Shown here: one piece after another, positions 24,701 through 36,949 of the stretch
How the letters are laid out: every line of letters starts with the position of its first letter
Position numbering within the stretch: the stretch's first letter is position 1
Source: Dudresnaya verticillata
Lineage: Eukaryota
Length of the DNA stretch: 64,000 bases
Direction of reading: 5' to 3'
NCBI GenBank assembly: GCA_977862235.1
Contig: OZ374557.1
Coordinates: 3,162,001 to 3,226,000 of the forward strand
Program-made: the position numbers and the translations under genes
The notes under the pieces: model-generated
Databases searched by the model: none
The model's input: only the letters and a program-made list of their open reading frames with translations
What the model was told of the DNA's origin: nothing

Positions 24701-27700
24701 CTCAACCACATGAGGAATACCGTCACCGTCAGTGACCAATATCCTGTATATCCCATGCTCTAGAGTATCCAAGTTCACCCCCTCAAGTGCACGAGACTCG
24801 AACTTGGATCCGCGTGGGAGCCTTAGGACATATGCAGCACATCCAAACACTCTTAAATGTTTTAAATCAGGAACATCACCTGTCATGACCGAGTATGGCG
24901 TAGCCCCAACGGTTGAGTGTGGTACTCTATTGCGCACGTAGTTGACATGCTTCAGTGCAAACGGCCACAAACATCCCGGTAGATCAGCCTGGATCAGCAA
25001 AGTCAGGGCAGCTTCCACCATGGTTCGGTTCACCCTTTCCGCGATTCCATTGAGCTCCGGAGTATAAGGTGGGGAGAAGGATTTGCCACTGTCTCCAACT
25101 CCTCCCAAATCTTTCTGCAAAGCCAAATACTCCTGAGCCCCGTCTGAGTGGAGTTTTGTTATTTCCGCTCCTCCAAGCTCGATAAACTTTGTTCAAACTT
25201 GATCAAAGGCCGCACTCAACATACGGCGACTTCTCATACATGCGACGACCAAGAAACGGGATTTATCATCCAGAAACGTCGTGGCATACCGGAAACGATC
25301 GGGAAAGGAGATCTGGATTGGACCAACAATGTCGGAATGCACGAGATCACCGACAGCTTTGGCCGGGCGGAAGTGCCCTGGGAATGATTGTTTGTGTGCT
25401 TTCCCAAGTCTACAAGCCCGACACACTTCATGAGTGGAGCCCAACTCCGGAACTCCCTCAACATGCTCGTGCACTTTGGCCAAGTCCCGAAAATTAATGT
25501 GGGCAAGACGTCGATGCTAGAGCTCAGTAGTTTGCTGCGTGCTGGAGACAGCCAGTACTTGCTCCTCCGAAGTGTGCGGCTCGGGTTCTGGTAGTATGTA
25601 CATTCCAGAACTCGCATCGCGAACATCGGATCCAATATAATACCCATCAGAGTAGAGTACCAAGCGCACGTCCAAGCGGCGAAAGTGGGATTCAATTCCT
25701 TTATCTGCCAAACGCCCAGTAGAGACAAGATTGTATCCCATCTGCGGGATGAAGAGGGCCTTCTTGAGCCGAATATTGGCATGCTCAAACGGCAGAATCA
25801 CATCTCCACATAGGTCTGAGGTGACAGACGACTTGTCCGCAAGCACTACAGTACGCTTTTCGCAGCGCGATACTGAGCTCGGTACAAAAGAAGTCATTGA
25901 GTGGAAGCAATGCACAGTTGCTCCACTGTCGGCATACGTTCCTTGGTCGTTCGGAGGAACAACAGTAGTCATCTCAACCGATGCACCGGCGATTTCTACC
26001 TTTGCAGATTTACCATTATTCTTACCAGATGCAGCTACCGCCGAGTTGGCGTTGCCCTTTTTGCCCTGGTTGGTGAACATCTGTCGCACCTTTGGAGGAA
26101 GCTTGTTGTTGGGATTTTCCGGATTGAGGTAGCATCGATCCGCGGTGTGTCCATCCTTGTCGCAAACATCACAGTGAAGGTGCCGGTTCGGGGTAGAGTG
26201 AGCCTACTTGGCGGACTTGAGTGCAACCGCCAACGCATGGACGGTGGATTCAATATCAGAAGAGTCATCGGAGTCGTCGTTGTCATCCAGCGTGGTTTGT
26301 TGATGGCGAGAACCTGACGACGCGGACTTCTTTTTCTTCTTCCGACGACTCTTCGACTTACTGGATCTCCCACCTGCGTTTGATCCATGAGAATCTTTGG
26401 CGTTGTACTCATCGATCAGCGTGGTTGCGACGTAGTCCCAAGTCAGCTCAGCAGCATCTTTGGTGCGAAGAGCTGCAGCTGTTGAATCCAGGTGGCAGGA
26501 CGGATCAATGGAAACAAGCAGCATAGGTGCCTTATGTGTCTCCGGTATCGCCGAGTCGTTGCCCATGCGGTCGAGTTGGGCGAACAGTGACGTGTACTGG
26601 TCGACATAGCTGGACATATTCTGACCGGTGTACGTCATACGGAATAGCTTGGTCTGTACGGCGATACGGGATACGGTTCGACTGGACGCATAGCGCGAGT
26701 CCAATAGCTCCAGCATGCGTTTGGGGTCATCATCAACCTCCATAACGACACGAAGCGGAGCATCACCAAGTGCGGAGATAATGATCCCGCAAGCCTTCTC
26801 ACGTTTGGCCAAGGTTCTGGCGTGAAGAATGGAAGTATCCGCTGAGGCCTCTCCAGTTGACTGTGAGCTGCTCGGTGTGTCGTTTGAGGTGTGGACAACA
26901 TTCCAAACCCCTTTGATGCGGCATGCGGCACGAAGGCGATGACGCCAGAGACTGTAGTCGTCACCTCTCCTGCCGTGGAAACGGGGTATCTTGACCCCGC
27001 TCGAAGTATCCATCTCGGCTTCGGTATCAGTCATCGCTGTTGGGACTGATGGTGAGAAGAGATAACTTGAATAGTTTTAGAAAACTTGGTGAACTTGGGG
27101 CAGTGCTGTTAGTGCAACAGTGTCGATGCCCAGAGGGAAATAGTCGTGCTAAGCAGAGCAGTGCAGCTCACACAACGAAGACGTGACGACGAAACTGAGA
27201 AATGTGTCGAACACGTCGGTAATATAATACAGTCACAAGCGGAGCACACTTTGCCAAGTAGCTCCCACGCTTGGAGTAATCAAACTCTCAGGTGATGATG
27301 GGATCACCTGGACTGAAGAAGAAAAGTTGAAACTTGAAGTTGAAAAGTTGATTCTTGATAGTTGAACGTCTTTTTGACGCGGGATGTTCTGGCACCAGGT
27401 TCTACCTAGTCACCCCTAGGAGTCGGACTCCTGGCCCCCGGATATGATTCTCCGGGTGAAATGCGTCTTTCAGCAGCCCTTTCGTGTCGTGCGCACACAG
27501 ACACGAAGTATGCAATCCTTACGAGACGTCCACCTTATGGGTACAAAAACGAGTGTTCACCACACGAACAGGTCCAGTCTCTTGCAGGAATGGAACTAGG
27601 CCCAACCGTGTCAAGGTTCTGGATCTTACTGGAGGCTGCTCCCCTAGGCCAACGAGGTCCTGACTTAACGAGAGTCACCACGCACAACACTCAACCTCTC

Positions 27701-28968
27701 AGCAAGCTCACGGACCAAGACAACAGCGGACGAGAGCCTCGAGAACTCTCTCACAAAATCAGAGACACAAGCCGACACAGTGGGATAGGGACCACTTTCA
27801 ACAGACAACAAGCAGACAGGACAGGACACAAGCCGACAGGACAGGACACAAGCAGACAGGACAGACCAGAACGGGACCGGACAGTATCAAGAATGAAAAG
27901 AAAAAGGAAGAAGGTTGCAGCGAAGCGATGAAGTCTGCGTAGGTCGACCTTCTGGGCCCATAACCTAAAAAGGAATATGGAGAGGTTGGAGTTGAACAAG
28001 ATGAGAAATGGAAGTCGCTTGACTTCGTTTACTGCAGTCGACCATCCGACATGGCTTATATCAGCTTTTCGGATGAGTTGCTGCGTGAACACAAACAAAA
28101 CAAAACATTAAAGAAACGTCCAAAATCCCTATCATCAAATGGGCGGGAAAAAGTAAAGCAATTAAATCTACCAAATCATACTCTCAGCACACTCACATCC
28201 GCCACCAAAATGGGCGGGAACTTGCACACCAGTGTTGCTAACTGCTGACATCAGCAATCCCTCTTGCGACCGCATTTCTTGCCATCCATATGTACTCCAA
28301 CTTTGGGCGGGAACGTGAAAGTATCGAGTGTCCCCGCATGGCTGCTGTCGGACAACACTGCACACCACGTGGCCGCACTTACGAGCTGAAGTCCGTCCAT
28401 GAATATCCAACTTGGATCATTCATTGACCACGTAATCACCCAGATTTGCCTACGTGGCAGCTGTAAACCAACGTGTCGGCCGCACGACAGCTACGTGGCA
28501 ACTGTAAACCAACGTGTCGGCCGCACGACAACTGCAGCTGCTGATATCACAAGCCAGGCTCCACGTAGCGCAAGTCCCTGCAGTACCAACTCAGACGCCA
28601 TCAGAACATTGCATGGCACGTTCATATGTACTTGTGGAGTACAGTAACAAGTGCGCGTCATACCAGTACCATTCCATGCCATACCACGTGCATCCATGTG
28701 GTCCAATCAGATCGTTCCACTTGGCCGTTCCTGTTATAACCGCCAATTCCAGCACAACACTTGTAACCCATATAGACCATGGAGGCGGTTTGTAACAACC
28801 AATCAGAAGCCCTTTTCACGTTGCTTTTGCAAAAGGCCTAAATGCGCCGTGATTTTGGAAGCCCGGAAAAAGGGCTGTCGTCTCCGGAAGGTTTGGTGGC
28901 AGCGTGCCAGGGTGCCATCTGGGGTGCCTGAGCCGTGACGTGAGGCGCCAGCGACCATGTCCTCAACA
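21727..28968 (-). mobile_element. Full-length decayed Ty1/Copia element (copy A)
   Basis: 3' LTR 21727-22718, 5' LTR 27966-28968, PBS 27952-27965. Domain order gag-PR-INT-RT-RH. Outer flanks do not match each other because of the adjacent inversion. Confidence 0.95.
22713..27034 (-). pseudogene. gag-pol: Copia gag-pol polyprotein with nonsense and frameshift lesions
   Basis: Same protein as copy D, but with stops at ~26204, 25517, 25193 and 24530 and a frameshift near 23750. Motifs DSGAT, VHSDIVGP, NGIAER, LDVKTAFLNG, YVDD, DADYAG. Confidence 0.93.
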
Positions 28969-31336
28969 CCCCTCTTTGATCAGCTACTATCGTGTAGGAC
29001 TTATCGTCTCCAAGACGTAGGGCAAAAACGCTCGGGTAACGACACGGGTAAGGTCAAGGAACATATTAAGCGCCTGGAGCTGACCATGAAGGACGCCGTC
29101 TTCAACGACAGCGACCCCGTCATGGTCCCAGAGTTCCTAACGCATTTCGCGGATGAAGCCAATACGCTGGAAATGAGCGCAGCCCAAGCGTTTGTCGCAC
29201 TGCCATACTTCTTGCGAGGTACGGCAGCAACGTAGTTCCACTTCGTCAACTTGACGACTTCGCGCCATCGGCGGGGTGTCCTCGTATCCGGAGGCGGTAG
29301 AGTACCTCCTCCGTGTTGAGGACATGGTCGCTGGCGCCTCACGTCACGGGTCAGGTACCCCAGATGGTACCCTGGCACGCTTTCGCCAAACCTTCCGGAG
29401 ACGACAGCCCTTTTTCCGGGCTTCCAAAATCACGGCGCATTTAGGCCTTTTGCAAAAGCAACGTGAAACGGGCTTCTGATTGGTTGTTACAAACCGCCTC
29501 CATGGTCTATATGGCTTACCAGTGTTGTGCTGGAATTGGCGGTTATAACAGGAACGGCCAAGTGGAACGATCTGATTGGACCACATGGATGCACGTGGTA
29601 TGGCATGGAATGGTACTGGTATGACGCGCACTTGTTACTGTACTCCACAAGTACATATGAACGTGCCATGCAATGTTCTGATGGCGTCTGAGTTGGTACT
29701 GCAGGGACTTGCGCTACGTGGAGCCTGGCTTGTGATATCAGCAGCTGCAGTTGTCGTGCGGCCGACACGTTGGTTTACAGTTGCCACGTAGCTGTCGTGC
29801 GGCCGACACGTTGGTTTACAGCTGCCACGTAGGCAAATCTGGGTGATTACGTGGTCAATGATCCAAGTTGGATATTCATGGACGGACTTCAGCTCGTAAG
29901 TGCGGCCACGTAGTGTGCAGTGTTGTCCGACAGCAGCCATGCGGGGACACTCGATACTTTCACGTTCCCGCCCAAAGTTGGAGTACATATGGATGGCAGG
30001 AAATGCGGTCGCAAGAGGGATTGCTGATGTCAGCAGTTAGCAACACTGGTGTGCAAGTTCCCGCCCATTTTGGTGGCGGATGTGAGTGTGCTGAGAATAT
30101 GATTTGGAAGATTTAATTGCTTTACTTTTCCCGCCCATTTGATGATAGGGATTTTGGGCGTTTCTTTAATGATTTGTTTTGTTTGTGTTCACGCAGCAAC
30201 TCATCCGAAAAGCTGATATAAGCCATGTCGGATGGTCGACTGCAGTAAACGAAGTCAAGCGACTTCCATTTCTCATCTTGTTCAACTTCAACCTCTCCTT
30301 ATTCATTTTCACTCCGTACGTATGCTACGCCAGCGGCGATCAGAGACGCTGTACTCGCCCTACGGTCGACCGTCCAGAAGCAAGGCGAGGACGAGGTAAT
30401 CCATGGGATGCGACTTGCCGGTGCGTGTATCCGTTGCGGTAACGTATATCCCGATTGGGAAAAGATGACGCTGTACATCGACGGGTTAGACCTGTAGATC
30501 AGGTCCCTGGTCGCTCGTTTCCGAGAAGAAGCGCCAAGGGCGGAATTGTCATTCGAGCGGCTGGTTCACTTCGCGCAGGACGAGACGCCAACCGTGCACG
30601 ACACGGCAGGGCCGGCTCCGCATCAGCACGACGTGACATACTGGCACCGGCTCAAGCCGTACGCACATCGTGACCAGCCATCGGCGATGCCCGAGGTGTA
30701 CTGCGTCCACAGATGAGAGGCGCAAAGCCTGGAGCGCGCGCTATGATAGCAGAGTCCTCCGTTGAGTTCCGAGATGCTAGCCGCCCTTTCGATGAAATAG
30801 AAACACGCGCCGAGGGCGATCTATATTTGGCAGATGAGCAAGCGTCGGAGCCAACTTCGGCTCTACCGACGGACAGCTACGTCAATGACAAAGAAACAAG
30901 GGGCATGTACCCCGCTCTCGCCTTTGGGCGCTCGGTCGTACCCGCACCAGGCGTTCCATATTCCGCGTATGCCCCTCCCGGTCACCGGGCAAGGCCCGGG
31001 TGGAAGGACAGAGGTCCGCCCCGTCAAGACGCGCGTCGACAGCTGCTATTCCACCAATGTTATGCTCGCGGACACATCGCGCCGGATTGCCTCCTCCGCA
31101 TGAGCGACTTCATGAAGGTTATTACCAACTATGAAGGACTAACCGAGGCCGAGAAGGCTGTCGTCCCCGCTGATGCGTATGTCCGTTGCAAGGAACGCTC
31201 GACCCGCGATGCTGCCCGCCGTGCCGCACGACCGCAATCGCCACGAGGCGGACCCATGCCGCACGCGGCAGAACGTCACCCGAAGATGATTAATCGCTAT
31301 GTAGCGCCACAACCACCGCCGCAGGCGAAAAACTAA
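28969..31336 (+). pseudogene. gag: Gypsy-1 gag (5'-truncated, inverted, interrupted by a solo LTR)
   Basis: Homologous to Gypsy-2 gag (43120-41782). Degenerate zinc knuckle FHQCYARGHIAPDC. Ends GAAAAAC TAA. Confidence 0.8.
29314..30311 (+). mobile_element. Copia solo LTR, TSD CTCCG
   Basis: TGTTGAGG...TTTTCA, with CTCCG at 29309-29313 and 30312-30316. Confidence 0.95.
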
Positions 31337-34300
31337 CTCGGACACCAAATCCTGAGACTAGGGTGTCGCACCGTGAAGAGAGGCCTAGGCCTCGGGCGTT
31401 GACACGGAAGGAGGGCCCGAAGTTAGCTACTGATGACGCCAGCGGGCGGATAGAGTCGTCACAGACGTCATTAAAACGCCCATGGCGAAGGTACCAGCCA
31501 TCCCAGGCGCGGGGACAGTTGTTCGTAATGGCCAAAAGGAACTACAAGGTGTACGCCGACTTAGGCGCAACCGTTAGTACCTTGGCACGTATACGCACTG
31601 TCCTCGACACGGGGGCTGGTCCGAATTTCATTCGCATTGACGGCATTCCGCTGGAAGCGCGATCACACATCGTGGCAAAGAGCCTCCCCGTCATAGCCGA
31701 CGCCAACAATAAGGCGATCCAGACAAGAGGCACCATTGACCTGGTCGTTCGTATGGGACGGCGAGTCGTCAAGTTGGAACTGATCGTTTGCGGACGACTC
31801 GCTGCGTCGGTTATACTCGGCTGCGACTTTGGCGACCGTTTTGTCGAAGCAATCTATCCGCGAAGTCGCGAGGTCGAATTGGACGACGGGACTCGTGTTC
31901 CAATAACGCGCCGCCCCCTGCGCCGCCCCCCGTCGTATCCTCCGTTACTAACGGAACAGGAATCCGGCAAGGCCGAAGGAAGAACGTCGCCCAAGATGCG
32001 AGTAACAGAGCGCACGATCATCCGGCCTAAGTCACAGCAATGGGTATCGGTTACCACCGAGCGCGCCGGCGTCATCACAATTCAACTGTTCGGAACGCTG
32101 TACGACAAACAAGGTCTGGCCGTTACGAACTGGATTGCTCAAGTGGAGCCGCTAAAAGCGTTTCGAATTTTGGTTGCCAACTTCTCTCCCCGCCCGCAAG
32201 CGTTGGCCAAGGGCCAAGTCGTCACGACGGCGTTACCACATTCGACAGCAGTGTTCCCCAGTCACGTAAGTCTAGCCGATGTTTTGGGCCTCACCGAGGA
32301 ACAGGCCGAGGAGGAGAAGGCAAACCAAGATTTCCGTTTTCAAACGAACGATAACACTGCGGCACAGCCGGATACTTTCACGAAGTCGATCGAGGCAACC
32401 ACTGCCAAGCCTCCGTCAGTAGACGATTTGGACCTGGTAAATCTCCCCACCGAGCATCAAGGTCGGCTTAAGGAGATGTTACGCAAGTATTCGTCTATTT
32501 GGGAAGGTTCGTTGGGAGAAATCTCAACCACGGAGCACTACATCGACTTGCTTCCCGGCTCTAGACCAATATCGTCCCCGCCTTACCGAGCGGGGCCGAA
32601 GCAAAAACAACTCGCTCAAGCGGAAGTGGACCGCATGCTGCGTCAAGGAGTTATCGAACCCGCACAATCGCCGTGGGCGTGACCAGTGGTCTTCGCCCCC
32701 AAGAAGGACGGGACCCTCCGCTTTTGAGTAGACTACCGCCGTTTAAACGCAGTAACCGTACGGGATACGTACCCGCTGCCGCGTATCGACGAATGTATTG
32801 ACAGTCTAGGAGAAGCGAACGTCTTCAACACCCTAGACTGTAACAGTGAGTACTGGCAGGTGCCGATCAATCCGCTAGACCGTGATAAGACTGCGTTCAC
32901 GTGCCACACCGGACTGTTACGCTATAATCGTATGCTTTTCGGTGCCACAAACGCACCCGCTACGATTCAACGAACGCTGGACATACTGCTCGCTGGTTAC
33001 AAGTGGCGTTCGTGCCTCTTCTACCTCGACGACGTAATAATCTTCTCCAGCGACATTGACAGTCACTTCGGTCATGTTGACGAAATCCTTTCGACATTGC
33101 ACTGCGCCGGGGTGAAACTGAAGTTGACCAAGTGTGACTTCTTCACCCCGACCGTCAACTACTTAGGTCACGTCATACGTCCAGGACGGTTAGAAGTTGA
33201 CCGAACTTTCACTGCCGCGCTACGCGAAGCCAAGCATCCACTGGATCAGAAGGAGCCACGGAGCTTCCTCGGTCTTTGTAACGTCTACAGACGGTTCGTC
33301 TCGCGATACACGCATGTCGCTGCCCCCTCAACAAGTTGCTGAGGAAGGAACAGGGCTTTCGGTTACAACCGTTCGATGAGACACAAGCCAAAGCGTTCAG
33401 TACGCTCGTCGAGGCCGTGAATCATCCGCCTATACTGGCGCTACCCCAGCAGGGTCTCCCCTATTCCTTCGATTGTGACGCAAGCGAGTATCAGGTCGGC
33501 TGAGCTCTCTTTCAAACGCAGCCCGACGGGGAGCGTAAGCCACTCGGCTTCTGGTCTCGCTCGCTCACCGCTCCAGAGCATAACTACTCGGTCTCCGAAA
33601 AGGAGTGCCTCGCAGTAGTATGGTCCATCATTACACTGCTTCCTTACCTCCAGATGGAGTCATTCACAGTCCATACGGACCATTCGTCATTGAGGTGATG
33701 GAAATCAGCGACCCCTCTGGACGGTTAGTGCGGTGGCGCATTCGCCTTTCCGAGTTCGACTTTGTCGTGAAGTACAAAAAGGGGTACCTGAATACTCAGG
33801 CAGATGCCCTTTCGCGTCTACAGACGAAGGGGAAACCTTCGAGCCCATTGACGATGATATACCATGCTATCACGGAAGCTACGTCGCAGATGGCCATCAA
33901 ACGTCACAAGACGACCTGTAAGACGCCGAAGGCGAGGTCGACTTCTTCGAACGAGAGTTCGAATAGTTCGACCAAGTGTTGATCAACAACACGCCGCCGG
34001 CGGATGAGGTACTCCTTCGTCAAGTGACGCATGAAGAGTTGCTACACGCCCGACGCGATGACCAATACTGTAACGACATCAGGAAGCATCTGGATGACGG
34101 GATCATCTTACCGTTCGCAACGGATGAACAGGGTCTGTTGGTCCGAACAGTGGAAGTCCGCCCGCAAGTGGTCGTACCCTCCGCGTTACGTGCTCGCTTA
34201 CTCCACCTCCAGCACCACTCCAAGTTGGCAGGGCACCCAGGGGGCTTAAGTTGTATCATACGCTTCGACGCGAATAATATTGGCCATCGATGCCAGTGGA

Positions 34301-34436
34301 CTGCTATGCGACCGTCCACAACTGCGTAACCTGCGCTAAGAATTGCGTATTGTTGCGAAAGAACACCAAGCAATTGAAGTTATTCCCTGCAACCGAGCCT
34401 CTCGAGTTCGTATCGATCGACATCCTGGGCGAACGC
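31327..34436 (+). pseudogene. pol: Gypsy-1 pol: protease, RT, RNase H, integrase N-terminus (inverted segment)
   Basis: VLDTGAGPNF, PYRAGP, SPWA, DKTAFT, FYLDD, DASEYQVG, ADALSRL, LAGHPG. Several stops and frameshifts. Ends at ...DILGER, which continues at 21726 on the minus strand. Confidence 0.9.
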
Positions 34437-36520
34437 TGTTGAGGACATGGTCGCTGGCGCCTCGCGTCACGGCTCAGGTACCCCAGATGGCACCCTGGCA
34501 CGCTGTCACCAAACCTTCCGGAGACGACAGCCCTTTTTCCGGGCTTCCAAAATCACGGCGCATTTAGGCCTTTTGCAAAAGCAACGTGAAACGGGCTTCT
34601 GATTGGTTGTTACAAACCGCCTCCATGGTCTATATGGCTTACAAGTGTTGTGCTGGAATTGGCGGTTATAACAGGAACGGCCAAGTGGAACGATCTGATT
34701 GGACCACATGGATGCACGTGGTATGGCATGGAATGGTACTGGTATGACGCGCACTGTACGCCACAAGTACATATGAACGTGCCTTGCAATGTGCTGATGG
34801 CGTCTGAGTTGGTACTGCAGGGACTTGCGCTACGTGGAGCCTGGTTTGTGATATCAGCAGATGCAGTTGTCGTGCGGCCGACACGTTGGTTTACAGTTGG
34901 CACGTAGCTGTCGTGCGGCCGACACGTTGGTTTACAGTTGCCACGTAGCTGTCGTGCGGCCGACACGTTGGTTTACAGCTGCCACGTAGGCAAATCTGGG
35001 TGATTACGTGGTCAATGAATGATCCAAGTTGGATATTCATGGACGGACTTCAGCTCGTAAGTGCGGCCACGTGGTGTGCAGTGTTGTCCGACAGCAGCCA
35101 TGCGGGGACACTCGATACTTTCACGTTCCCGCCCAAAGTTGGAGTACATATGGATGGCAGGAAATGCGGTCGCAAGAGGGATTGCTGATGTCAGCAGTTA
35201 GCAACACTGGTGTGCAAGTTCCCGCCCATTTTGGTGGCGGATGTGAGTGTGCTGAGAGTATGATTTGGTAGATTTAATTGCTTTACTTTTTCCCGCCCAT
35301 TTGATGATAGGGATTTTGGGCGTTTCTTTAATGTTTTGTTTTTTTTGTGTTCACGCAGCAACTCATCCGAAAAGCTGATATAAGCCATGTCGGATGGTCG
35401 ACTGCAGTAAACGAAGTCAAGCGACTTCCATTTCTCATCTTGTTCAACTCCAACCTCTCCATATTCCTTTTTAGGTTATGGGCCCAGAAGGTCGACCTAC
35501 GCAGACTTCATCGCTTCGCTGCAACCTTCTTCCTTTTTCTTTTCATTCTTGATACTGTCCGGTCCCGTCCTGGTCTGTCCTGTCTGCTTGTGTCCTGTCC
35601 TGTCGGCTTGTGTCCTGCCCTGTCTGCTTGTTGTCTGTTGAAAGTGGTCCCTATCCCACTGTGTCGGCTTGTGTCTCTGATTTTGTGAGAGAGTTCTCGA
35701 GGCTCTCGTCCGCTGTTGTCTTGGTCCGTGAGCTTGCTGAGAGGTTGAGTGTTGTGCGTGGTGACTCTCGTTAAGTCAGGACCTCGTTGGCCTAGGGGAG
35801 CAGCCTCCAGTAAGATCCAGAACCTTGACACGGTTGGGCCTAGTTCCATTCCTGCAAGAGACTGGACCTGTTCGTGTGGTGAACACTCGTTTTTGTACCC
35901 ATAAGGTGGACGTCTCGTAAGGATTGCATACTTCGTGTCTGTGTGCGCACGACACGAAAGGGCTGCTGAAAGACGCATTTCACCCGGAGAATCATATCCG
36001 GGGGCCAGGAGTCCGACTCCTAGGGGTGACTAGGTAGAACCTGGTGCCAGAACATCCCGCGTCAAAAAGACGTTCAACTATCAGGAATCAACTTTTCAAC
36101 TTCAAGTTTCAACTTTTCTTCTTCAGTCCAGGTGATCCCATCATCACCTGAGAGTTTCATTACTCCAAGCGTGGGAGCTACTTGGCAAAGTGTGCTCCGC
36201 TTGTGACTGTATTATATTACCGACGTGTTCGACACATTTCTCAGTTTCGTCGTCACGTCTTCGTTGTGTGAGCTGCACTGCTCTGCTTCACACGACTATT
36301 ACCCTCTGGGCATCGACACTGTTGCACTAACAGCACTGCCCCAAGTTCAAGTTTTCTAAAACTATTCAAGTTATCTCTTCTCACCATCAGACCAAGCTAT
36401 TCCGTATGACATACACCGGTCAGAATATGTCCAGCTATGTCGACCAGTACACGTCACTGTTCGCCCAACTCGACCGCATGGGCAACGACTCGGCGATACC
36501 GGAGACGCATAAGGCACCTA
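34437..36520 (+). mobile_element. 3'-truncated Copia (copy B): 5' LTR, PBS, 5' UTR and gag fragment
   Basis: LTR 34437-35473, PBS GGTTATGGGCCCAG 35474-35487. A 392-bp deletion at 36390 (CAG microhomology) removes the gag start. Homology stops at ~36520. Confidence 0.92.
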
Positions 36521-36949
36521 CGGTTACGCTTCTGTTACCTTCTTCCCTCTTGTCGCCCGACGGCGTGTGGTGTAGCGTACCGTTGTGGGCGGCGGCCCGT
36601 GATTGCCGAGACTTAGCGGTGGCGGCCGACGTGTCACGTAGTTGGCCGTTCGAGACGGCCAGCGTCCCGTCCCCGCGAGCAGTGGTAGTGAGACTTCCCT
36701 CCGACCGCTCGTAGCGACATTTGGCAATTCGGCAGACGCCTACGGCGAGTAATTATTTTTGTTGTTTTTGTTGTTTTCTCCCGTGAGCGGTCCCCCGGAG
36801 CCAAACGTCCAGAGGCGTTTGCAACACCCATGTCTCGGGTCCTTTTGGCTGACAGTTACGGTGTGGCGTGCACGTATGAGGGTCCGCGCTGAGCTTGCTT
36901 TCGCCTTTGGCGTTCCAGGACGCAAGTCCTTTCGTGATCGGTCGTGATG

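Noticed and set aside
27461..27931. Antisense 156-aa ORF in the Copia 5' UTR
   Set aside because: Low-complexity sequence, and the frame is changed by an indel in the youngest copy D.
36385..36395. Spliced (intron-loss) Copia transcript in copy B
   Set aside because: The 392-bp deletion cannot be placed with GT...AG ends. CAG microhomology explains it.
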